32,000 bases of DNA from Mucisphaera calidilacus (GTDB lineage: Bacteria; Planctomycetota; Phycisphaerae; Phycisphaerales; Phycisphaeraceae), in contig NZ_CP036280.1 of the NCBI RefSeq assembly GCF_007748075.1, positions 2,940,001 to 2,972,000 on the forward strand, in the 5' to 3' direction. Below, piece after piece: positions 25,888 to 32,000 of the stretch. A program made the translations under genes and the position numbers. A model generated the notes under the pieces. That model did no database searches, had not been told where the DNA came from, and saw only the letters and a program-made list of their open reading frames with translations. Position 1 is the first letter of the stretch. Every line of letters begins with the position of its first letter.

Positions 25888-26826
25888 TCAGGGTTGAGGC
25901 AGGCCGAGCATGGCGAGGGGGAAGCCGATGTATCGGAGGTGCATGGCGTGGTCGCTGCCATCGGTTCGCGGCGAAGAGAAGACCTCGAAGTGGCCCTTGC
26001 CGGCGCGGGTGTTGTGGGTGAGTTTTTCGCCGACGGGGTAGTTGACGTTGTAGCGTTGGAGCCCGAGGTGGTGGAGGAGGTAGTCGGCGGTTTCGGCGGT
26101 GGAGGCGTAGCCGGGCGGGTCGTAGCTGTTGTGGGTGATGATCATGGTCTTGTTGCCATCGACGGCCTGCCGGGCGTAGCGGAGGAAGTCGACCATGTTG
26201 TCGGGGTTGACTTTTTTGTCGGCGACGTCGCCGGTGTAGCCGGCGTAGAGGGTGTCGGCGAGGACGATGTGGTCGATGCGGTCGAAGTCGCGGGGGTTCT
26301 TGAGGATCTCGCGGACGGCTCCGAAGCCGGCGGAGAAGGAGGTGACGGTGATGGTGTCGATGGTGATGTCGTCGGGGAGTTGGGGCTGGGCGCGGGCGGC
26401 GTCGAGGCCTTCGGCGAGGAGTTGATCGAAGAGCTGGGGGTTCTCGATCATGGGCATCTTGTATTTGGAGCTGAGTCCGCCCGGCGAGAAGAAGACGAGG
26501 ATGGCGTTGATGTTGTGGGTGTGCATCTCCTCGGAGAGCCAGTTGAAGCCCTGGTGGAAGTGGACGATGACGGGGAGGGTCTCGGGCGGGTTGTCGAGGA
26601 GTCGGTCGGGGATGTGGACGCGGGCGTCGGGGTGGGTGAGGGGCAGGACGATGCCAAGGCGTTCGGAGGCGGGCAGGGGCTGAGCGGGTTTGGCGGGGGG
26701 AGGCGTGGGTGCGTTCGAGGCGGCGTCGGTCGCTTGGGGGGTGGCGGTGGTCTGCGAGTTGGTGACGCAGGCGGGGAGAAGAAGGGCGATCAGGAGGAGG
26801 GCGACGAGGTGGTGTTTGGTGTTCAT
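25888..26826 (-). CDS. Lipoprotein, possibly alpha/beta-hydrolase fold (uncharacterised)
   Basis: Track ORF trimmed to ATG 26826 (cat at 26824-26826), giving MNTKHHLVALLLIALLLPAC (lipobox LPAC). VIVHFHQG and a nucleophile-elbow-like TSFSAGFG. The function call is weak. Confidence 0.6.
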   Translation of the reverse strand: MNTKHHLVALLLIALLLPACVTNSQTTATPQATDAASNAPTPPPAKPAQPLPASERLGIVLPLTHPDARVHIPDRLLDNPPETLPVIVHFHQGFNWLSEEMHTHNINAILVFFSPGGLSSKYKMPMIENPQLFDQLLAEGLDAARAQPQLPDDITIDTITVTSFSAGFGAVREILKNPRDFDRIDHIVLADTLYAGYTGDVADKKVNPDNMVDFLRYARQAVDGNKTMIITHNSYDPPGYASTAETADYLLHHLGLQRYNVNYPVGEKLTHNTRAGKGHFEVFSSPRTDGSDHAMHLRYIGFPLAMLGLPQP

Positions 26827-26925
26827 GGTGGCAGGGTAAAGGGGCCGGGGCGTGCGGTCTACGGGGTGGTGGTGCGTCCGATAGTGCGGCAATAAGTCGG
26901 ACACAGCCTTAGGATTTTCCTTAAG

Positions 26926-26941
26926 TGGTTTGATTCCTGCA
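26926..26941 (+). promoter_or_regulatory. Candidate sigma-54 (-24/-12) promoter upstream of the Amt-MCP gene
   Basis: TGGTTTGATTCCTGCA has GG (26927-26928) and GC (26939-26940) separated by exactly 10 nt, as in TGGCACG-N4-TTGCA. It lies about 120 nt upstream of ATG 27063. Only the core dinucleotides and a few flanking bases match. Confidence 0.3.
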
Positions 26942-27062
26942 CTTACGCGCGTCAACTCCATGGGGTGATGACCCGAATGGAGGCTTACATCAAATGCCTG
27001 CGTGACCTTTTGATGGTTTTTGGGTTGCGGGTTTCGTTGTGTGCCTGAGACGGGAGTCGAGC

Positions 27063-29093
27063 ATGAAGCGTCCGATGAGGTTGATGGGTTGTGTCGCTGG
27101 GGGCGGCGTTTCGTGGCGTTGGCTGATGATGCTGCCGGTGCTGCTGTTGTCTTCGGTGGCGTTGGCTGACGACGAGGCGGTCGCGGCGGTTGCCGCGGAC
27201 GCGGTGGTGAGTGAGGCAGCGCATGAGGTTCAGGTCAATCTTGATTTCGTGTGGATCATCGCGGCGTCGGCGCTGGTGTTCCTGATGCAGGCGGGGTTCA
27301 TGTGTCTCGAGTCGGGCATGTCGCGGGCGAAGAACTCGACGAACGTGGCGATCAAGAACATGGCGGACCTGCTGATCGCGGTGGTGGCGTTCTGGGCGGT
27401 AAGTTTTGGGTTGATGTTCGGCGTGTCGCAGTCGGGGTGGTTCGGGACGACGGACTTCTTTGTGGACGTGGGTGACCATCCGTGGTTTGCGGCGTTCTTC
27501 GTGTTCCAGGCGATGTTCTGCGGTACGGCGGCGACGATCGACTCGGGCGTTGTGGCGGAGCGGACGCGATTCGGGGGATACTGCGTGCTGTCGCTCCTGA
27601 TCTCGGCGTTGATCTACCCGGTTTTCGGTCACTGGGCGTGGGGTAGTTTCCTGCACGGCGGGGAGCCGGGCTGGCTCGAGGGGATGGGTTTCATTGATTT
27701 TGCGGGGTCGACGGTGGTGAACTCGATTGGTGCGTGGGTGGGTCTGGCGGGCGCGATCGTGATCGGTGCGCGGATCGGCCGGTTCAACGAGAAGGGCGAG
27801 CCGAGGAAGATCCCGGCACACAGCCTGGTGATGGTGTACCTGGGGACGTTCATCCTGTTCTTCGGGTGGTTTGGTTTCAACTGCGGCTCGACGCTGGCGG
27901 CGAACACGGACATCGCGGGGATCGCGAAGAACACGGCGTTGGCGGCCTGCTTCGGGGGTTGTGCTTCGGGCGCGATGTCGTGGGTTCTGAGCAAGAATCA
28001 TCTGCCTAAGGCGGAGATGATCGCGAACGTGTTGCTGGGCGGTCTGGTCGGGATCACGGCGGGCTGCGCGGTGGTGGATGCGCCGGGCGCGGCGATCATC
28101 GGGATCGGCTCCGGGATCATGGTCTACTTCGGCGTCTGGTTCATCGAGAACGTGCTGCGTCTGGATGACGTGGTGAGCGCGATCCCGGTGCACGGCATGT
28201 GCGGTGCGTTCGGGACGATCATGCTGGCGGTGGTGATGCCGTCGGACCTGCTGGGAGACGTGTCGCGTTGGGGCCAGATCGGCGTGCAGGCCTTCGGGGT
28301 TGTGGTGGCGTTCGCGTGGGCGTTCGGCCTGGCCTTCGTGACATTCAAGGTGCTCAACGCGATCACGCCGCTGCGTGTGACCGAGGAGGACGAGCGTATC
28401 GGCCTGAACGTGGCGGAGCACGGCGCATCGTCGAGTCTGCTGGACCAGGCCAACGCGATGCACCGGGCGACGTCGGAGGAGGAGTTGGACGAGAGTTTCA
28501 AGGTGGTGGTGGAGCACGGGACGGAGATCGGCGATCTGAGTCAGCACTTCAACGCGATGGTCGATGCGGTGCGCGAGCAGCGTCGCCGGGCGTCGGACGC
28601 GGACGGTCGTCGGGTTGCGGACATGGAGCGTTTCCGCGGGTACATGGCGGAGACGGTGGCGTCGATCGAGGAGCAGACCGAGCAGATGTCGGGCATCCTG
28701 GGGACCACGTCGGGCCACGCCGACCAGCTCAACCGCAACGCGGTGAGTGTCTCGGACGAGTTGCACAAGCTGACCGAGGCGTTGCACGAGGCGGCCCGGA
28801 GCGGCGACGCGGGGCGGGGCTTTGCGGTGGTGGCGGATGCCGTGCGTCAGCTCGCGATCCAGAGCGAGTCGTCGGTGAGCAACATCGCGGAGATGATCGG
28901 CAGCGTGCGAGAGGTCAGTGGCGAGGCGGCGGAGGCGATGGGCCGGGTGGCGACGACGATTGCCGACGCCAACAGCGGCAGTAAGTCGGTCGCGTCGGCG
29001 ATCGAGACCGAGGCGTCGCACGTCGTGCAGGTCGAGACCTCGGCGAAGGAAGCGGTGACGGCGGCGACGGAGCTCCGTGAGCAGCTGGGCTAG
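27063..29093 (+). CDS. Ammonium transporter (Amt/MEP/Rh) fused to a HAMP-like linker and a methyl-accepting chemotaxis protein signalling domain
   Basis: Track ORF 27039..29093 trimmed to ATG 27063 (gggag 7 nt upstream), giving a signal-like MKRPMRLMGCVAGGGVSWRWLMMLPVLLLSSVALA. Amt blocks: VFLMQAGFMCLESGMSRAKN, DFAGSTVVNSIGAWVGLAGAIVIG, FFGWFGFNCGST, VHGMCGAFG, RVTEEDERIGLNVAEHG. Tail: EIGDLSQHFNAMVDAV (HAMP AS2-like) and EAARSGDAGRGFAVVADAVRQLAIQSE (MCP hairpin-tip signature). Confidence 0.85.
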   Translation: MKRPMRLMGCVAGGGVSWRWLMMLPVLLLSSVALADDEAVAAVAADAVVSEAAHEVQVNLDFVWIIAASALVFLMQAGFMCLESGMSRAKNSTNVAIKNMADLLIAVVAFWAVSFGLMFGVSQSGWFGTTDFFVDVGDHPWFAAFFVFQAMFCGTAATIDSGVVAERTRFGGYCVLSLLISALIYPVFGHWAWGSFLHGGEPGWLEGMGFIDFAGSTVVNSIGAWVGLAGAIVIGARIGRFNEKGEPRKIPAHSLVMVYLGTFILFFGWFGFNCGSTLAANTDIAGIAKNTALAACFGGCASGAMSWVLSKNHLPKAEMIANVLLGGLVGITAGCAVVDAPGAAIIGIGSGIMVYFGVWFIENVLRLDDVVSAIPVHGMCGAFGTIMLAVVMPSDLLGDVSRWGQIGVQAFGVVVAFAWAFGLAFVTFKVLNAITPLRVTEEDERIGLNVAEHGASSSLLDQANAMHRATSEEELDESFKVVVEHGTEIGDLSQHFNAMVDAVREQRRRASDADGRRVADMERFRGYMAETVASIEEQTEQMSGILGTTSGHADQLNRNAVSVSDELHKLTEALHEAARSGDAGRGFAVVADAVRQLAIQSESSVSNIAEMIGSVREVSGEAAEAMGRVATTIADANSGSKSVASAIETEASHVVQVETSAKEAVTAATELREQLG

Positions 29094-29205
29094 GTGGGCA
29101 GCGCGGCGGAGTCGGTGCGCGAGCGTGTACTTCAGGCGTACGCGGAGTTTGAGCAGATGTTCGACGACACGCGATCCGGGGCTGGCGCGGCGTAGCGGGC
29201 GGCCG

Positions 29206-29235
29206 TTGCCGGGCCGTGCGGCGTGCTGCTACACT
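29206..29235 (+). promoter_or_regulatory. Sigma-70-like promoter for tRNA-Gly
   Basis: TTGCCG (29206-29211), 18-nt spacer, TACACT (29230-29235), ending 10 nt before the tRNA 5' end. Confidence 0.35.
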
Positions 29236-29245
29236 GTGCGTTGTC

Positions 29246-29318
29246 GCGGGTGTAGCTCAATTGGTAGAGCGTCAGCCTTCCAAGCTGAATGTTGTGAGTT
29301 CGAGTCTCATCACCCGCT
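29246..29318 (+). tRNA. tRNA-Gly (anticodon TCC)
   Basis: The 73-nt cloverleaf was folded by hand: acceptor GCGGGTG/CACCCGC, D stem GCTC/GAGC, anticodon arm TCAGC-CTTCCAA-GCTGA, T arm GTGAG-TTCGAGT-CTCAT, discriminator T. The anticodon arm equals that of E. coli tRNA-Gly(UCC) as I recall it. Confidence 0.9.
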
Positions 29319-29352
29319 TTCCCCCGCCCCCGGAAAGAAGCTCGTCAGTATC

Positions 29353-29395
29353 CGCCTTCGCGTGACATCGGTCGCCCGAAGGCGTCTTTGTTTCG
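29353..29395 (+). terminator. Hairpin plus T-rich tract after tRNA-Gly
   Basis: cgccttcg (29353-29360) pairs with cgaaggcg (29377-29384) across a 16-nt loop, followed by tctttgtttcg. The large loop makes this weak. Confidence 0.3.
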
Positions 29396-29499
29396 CCCAC
29401 GTCGCGAGTTACGCACCAGCCGTACCGCTTGGGCCAACGCCCGCCTCTCGCCCACACACGCCAACGTGTGCCAGCAGTTTCCGGGGGTGGCCTGCCGTC

Positions 29500-29563
29500 C
29501 GTGCAAGGATTCGTACAAGCGCTCGGCTGCTTCCGGGGGCGACGTGCAAGGTTTCGTGCAAGG
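29500..29563 (+). repeat. Three perfect and one degenerate copy of the 9-mer CGTGCAAGG, arranged as two 12-bp-phased pairs
   Basis: Perfect copies at 29500-29508, 29543-29551 and 29555-29563. Degenerate cgtacaagc at 29512-29520. Confidence 0.8.
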
Positions 29564-29599
29564 ACTGGGCGGTCAGATGAACTGGGCCGACCACGTGAG

Positions 29600-29629
29600 A
29601 TCGTAAAACGGTCATGACCATTTTACGAT
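29600..29629. repeat. 30-bp near-perfect palindrome just downstream of the integrase stop
   Basis: atcgtaaaacggtcatgaccattttacgat: 14 of 15 positions are self-complementary, with a perfectly palindromic core ggtcatgacc. Confidence 0.85.
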
Positions 29630-29661
29630 GGACACGATAATGGTAAGGCCAAGATGGAGCC

Positions 29662-31137
29662 TCAGCCCGCCACGGACAGGGGCTGATCGGTGACTTCGCC
29701 CACTGACGAGCCGAAGGCAGGCAACGCCTCGACGGCACCGGCCACATCAAGCAGGGCCGGGTCGGTGTAGACGTTCATCGTGAGTTCGAGGCTGCTGTGC
29801 CGCATCGCGGCCATGGCGACGCGCGGGGCGACGCCCGCCCGGGCGAGGTGGGTGCCGAACGTGTGGCGAAGGGCGTGCAGATCGACCACCCGATCCCGCT
29901 CGTCACGCTTCGGGATACTGGCGGCGGCAAGGTCACGGTCGAACACGCGGATCATGTCCTTGGGTATGGGGAACAGGTGCGTGTCCTGTCGGAGTGCGGT
30001 TACACAGGCGCGTGCCTGCAGGTCGTCGATGTATGCGTGCAGCGCATCAACCAGGTCCGCCCGCAGTGGGATCATCGCGCCGCGACCCGCCTTCTCATCC
30101 TTGGCCAGCAGTTCGAGACTCGGGTACTGGCCCTCAAGGTGAGCCTGGCCGACAGTGATGCTGGCCAGTTCGCTCTTACGCAGGCCGCTGCAGATCATGA
30201 TGCGGTACATCAGCGCCCGCTGACGACCGACGAACATCAACGCGTCGACTCGGTCTGGCTGGTCAGCGAGCAGCTTCAATCCACACTGGTAGGCAGCGTC
30301 AAGCGTGTCGAACGTCAGCTTCGCCTTGGTCCAGGTGCTATGACCTGACTTTTCATCATCCAGCTTGGCCACGCTCTCGCGCCCCAGTTCAGCAATCGGT
30401 CGCAGTTCCGCCGACCGCAGCAGGCGTGTGATCTCATCTTCGGTCAGAGCCCTGCGGTTCCGCCGACGGTCACCGAGTTCATCGGCTTTGTACAGCTTGG
30501 CCAGCGGGTTGAAGCTCAGCCGCCCCGAATCAACACACCAGTTACAGAAGGCGACGATCGCCGCACGGTGGGTGTTGCGGGTCCGACCTGCCATGCCGTC
30601 TGCCTCACGCTGGTTCATCCACGTCTCCATCGTCTCGCGCGAGATGTCCGTCACGCGCTTGAACCCGCACTCGGCCACAACGCGTTCGAGTTGATGCTTC
30701 ACGTTCCGCCGATGGTGGGTCGACACACGCTTGCCGCGTACCGTCTTGGCCTTGAGGTGTTCGAGGTAGGCGGCGATGTGCCGGGCAATGGGCTGGTCGG
30801 CGAAGCCGGCCTGCCGATCTTGTTCAGCAGTGAGGATGCCCGACTTCACGTGCTCGACCCGCCGCAGCAGGTCAGCGAGTACCTGTCGGGCGGCCTGTTC
30901 ATCCCGGCAGCCTGTTGATTCGATCCGCTCGATGCCCTGGGCGTCCCGATAGCGTGCGAACCACGTCGGGCTGACGCGGATGATCTTGGTCTGCCCCTGC
31001 TTGCCGGTAGTGATCTGGTCGTAGTGCTTGCGGCCACGCCGGTCACTCCACATCGCCACGCGTTGGCCTCGCCGCTCGACGATCTCGCACTGCCTGGGCA
31101 GGTGCTGGGTGTAGGTCTTCCTGAAGATATTCGCCAT
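29662..31137 (-). CDS. Tyrosine-type site-specific integrase
   Basis: Track ORF trimmed to ATG 31137 (cat at 31135-31137). Catalytic blocks CSGLRKSELASITVG, LHALRHTFGTHLARAGV and AMRHSSLELTMNVYTD. The long N-terminal arm-binding-type region is typical of island integrases. Confidence 0.9.
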   Translation of the reverse strand: MANIFRKTYTQHLPRQCEIVERRGQRVAMWSDRRGRKHYDQITTGKQGQTKIIRVSPTWFARYRDAQGIERIESTGCRDEQAARQVLADLLRRVEHVKSGILTAEQDRQAGFADQPIARHIAAYLEHLKAKTVRGKRVSTHHRRNVKHQLERVVAECGFKRVTDISRETMETWMNQREADGMAGRTRNTHRAAIVAFCNWCVDSGRLSFNPLAKLYKADELGDRRRNRRALTEDEITRLLRSAELRPIAELGRESVAKLDDEKSGHSTWTKAKLTFDTLDAAYQCGLKLLADQPDRVDALMFVGRQRALMYRIMICSGLRKSELASITVGQAHLEGQYPSLELLAKDEKAGRGAMIPLRADLVDALHAYIDDLQARACVTALRQDTHLFPIPKDMIRVFDRDLAAASIPKRDERDRVVDLHALRHTFGTHLARAGVAPRVAMAAMRHSSLELTMNVYTDPALLDVAGAVEALPAFGSSVGEVTDQPLSVAG

Positions 31138-31278
31138 TTTCGAATCCCTTGCCCCCGGAAGTCTCCCACAGCAACGTGCCGGGGCGATCAACCTCCGGGG
31201 GTGACACACTCAGCGGTCAGTCGCCCCTGAAAGCAAGGGCGATCCGGCCCCCTCGCGAAAGGGGGCCACAGGTCCGCA

Positions 31279-31338
31279 GGTTCAAAAGGTTCAGAAGGTC
31301 AAACGCCTGGGCCTTTGGACCTTTTGAACCCCTGAACC
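31279..31338. promoter_or_regulatory. About 60-bp imperfect dyad built from 3+3 nine-bp GGTTCA-type units, between the DUF3987-like gene and the integrase
   Basis: GGTTCAAAA GGTTCAGAA GGTCAAA cgcctgggcc TTTGGACC TTTTGAACC CCTGAACC. The 12-bp arms ggttcaaaaggt (31279-31290) and accttttgaacc (31319-31330) are perfectly complementary. Confidence 0.6.
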
Positions 31339-31349
31339 GTGGCGGTCGA

Positions 31350-32000
31350 TCACGGCGTCGGGGCTGCCACCTTGGCGTTGATGTGGTGGACCACCTTGGC
31401 GCGGCCCGGCGTGTTGAGCGTCTCGGTTCGTAGCCAGCCCAGTTCGATCAGTTCATCCACGGCAAGCTGAACCTGCTCGGCATCCGCCAGCAGCGACCAG
31501 TGATGACCGTGGTACACATCGCGAACGGTGAACCCGGTGGCAACATCGCCTTGTTCAATGCGCTGGGCTAGTGCCCGGGCATGAGCCGTGGCTGGATGGA
31601 TGCCGCGCGAGTAGATGCGCCGAGCATGAGATTCGAGGTAGTCGGCCCAACCGACCGCCCGCGTCACGGCATCCAGTGTGACCGGCCCACCGTCGGACTC
31701 CGCAAGGTGGATGCTCAGCGCCAGCGCCGGCAGCAGCTTGCGGTACTTGGTCAGGTGGCTCTCTACGGCGGGGTGTTCCGCGCCGCTTCGGAGATGATTT
31801 TCCCGATCGACCATCCAGACGTAGAACCGATCCTGCGCCGCGGCATCGAACCGAAGGAACGGTGTCGTATTGCTGTCGAACGCGCCGGGCAGTTCGCCGA
31901 TGGATGAGGCAGGCAGTTCATCGAATCGCTGGTACACGGCATAGGCGGCATTCTTCGCATCGGAGTCGGGCCAGCGATCAACAACCTGCCATGCACCCGG
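31350..32000 (-). CDS. DUF3987-like (YfjI-type, primase/helicase-associated) mobile-element protein, C-terminal part; 5' end lies outside the window
   Basis: The frame stays open upstream of the listed GTG at 31937 to the window edge (PGAWQVVDRWPDSDAKNAAYAVYQRF...). HLTKYRKLLPALALSIHLAE resembles the conserved (A)HLAKYRSLMPSLAL block of DUF3987 proteins, from memory. Confidence 0.6.
   Translation of the reverse strand, partial: PGAWQVVDRWPDSDAKNAAYAVYQRFDELPASSIGELPGAFDSNTTPFLRFDAAAQDRFYVWMVDRENHLRSGAEHPAVESHLTKYRKLLPALALSIHLAESDGGPVTLDAVTRAVGWADYLESHARRIYSRGIHPATAHARALAQRIEQGDVATGFTVRDVYHGHHWSLLADAEQVQLAVDELIELGWLRTETLNTPGRAKVVHHINAKVAAPTP

Larger units (their letters stand above)
29319..32000. 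mobile_element. Left end of a tRNA-Gly-associated integrative element (genomic island or prophage-like); continues beyond the window
   Basis: A tyrosine integrase lies about 340 bp from the tRNA 3' end and is followed by a DUF3987-like gene. GC is lower (two 60-nt lines count 52% and 65%). The region is dense in short repeats and palindromes. The other boundary is not visible. Confidence 0.65.

Noticed and set aside
26985-29021. 678-aa minus-strand ORF antisense to the Amt-MCP gene. The same applies to 5472..6581, 10560..12026, 15540..16979, 20359..21804, 22235..23695, 24498..25961, 3431..4672, 13629..14732 and 14291..15472.
   Set aside because: All are Arg/Pro/His-rich antisense or alternative-frame translations of genes with strong family signatures. 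None has a recognisable motif.
29077-29580. 167-aa plus-strand ORF after the Amt-MCP gene
   Set aside because: It runs straight through the tRNA-Gly gene and the repeat-rich att-like spacer, and its translation is Arg/Cys/Ser-rich.

Overview
32 kb of high-GC bacterial chromosome (about 65-70% GC by my spot counts of 60-nt lines), almost fully coding. The gene content suggests a Planctomycetota/PVC-type organism: a PEP-CTERM-anchored pentapeptide protein, a prepilin-type GFTLIELLVV protein, a GH57 branching enzyme and sucrose-phosphate synthase/phosphatase. That assignment is inference only. I support 30 protein-coding genes, 2 tRNAs (anticodons CAT and TCC), a few promoter-like and terminator-like sites, and several repeat systems. 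Most long ORFs in the six-frame track are alternative-frame or antisense artefacts of high GC (Arg/Pro/Gly/His-rich, no family motifs) and are rejected. The track uses ATG, GTG and TTG as starts, which I verified at several ORFs, so some real genes were trimmed to internal starts that have signal peptides or SD-like sequences. Backbone genes in order: lpxI (partial), pentapeptide/PEP-CTERM protein, a sucrose locus (GH32-like hydrolase, SPP, SPS), small membrane protein, DUF1294, nagZ, TolC-like OMP, leuC, rdgB, GH57 branching enzyme, murC, prepilin-like protein, Xer-type recombinase, phhB, GHL10 hydrolase, SDR, UDP-xylose synthase, two unknowns, DUF501, recO, lipoprotein. Points worth a second look: (1) an ammonium transporter fused in one ORF to a HAMP-like linker and an MCP signalling domain, with the first pore histidine apparently replaced, followed by an in-frame TAG and 33 more coding-like codons; (2) a lower-GC two-gene islet (FRG-domain protein plus a translationally coupled 79-aa ORF) between leuC and rdgB, a candidate uncharacterised conflict/toxin-type module; (3) the left end of a tRNA-Gly-associated integrative element (tyrosine integrase, DUF3987-like protein) with several short repeat and palindrome systems; (4) five tandem 37-bp units with mutually exclusive hairpins upstream of the pentapeptide gene; (5) six near-identical modules in that gene whose lengths differ in exact 30-nt steps; (6) a Xer-type recombinase whose N-terminal domain has no ATG/GTG/TTG start. 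No database or HMM search was run. All family calls are motif recognition from memory.
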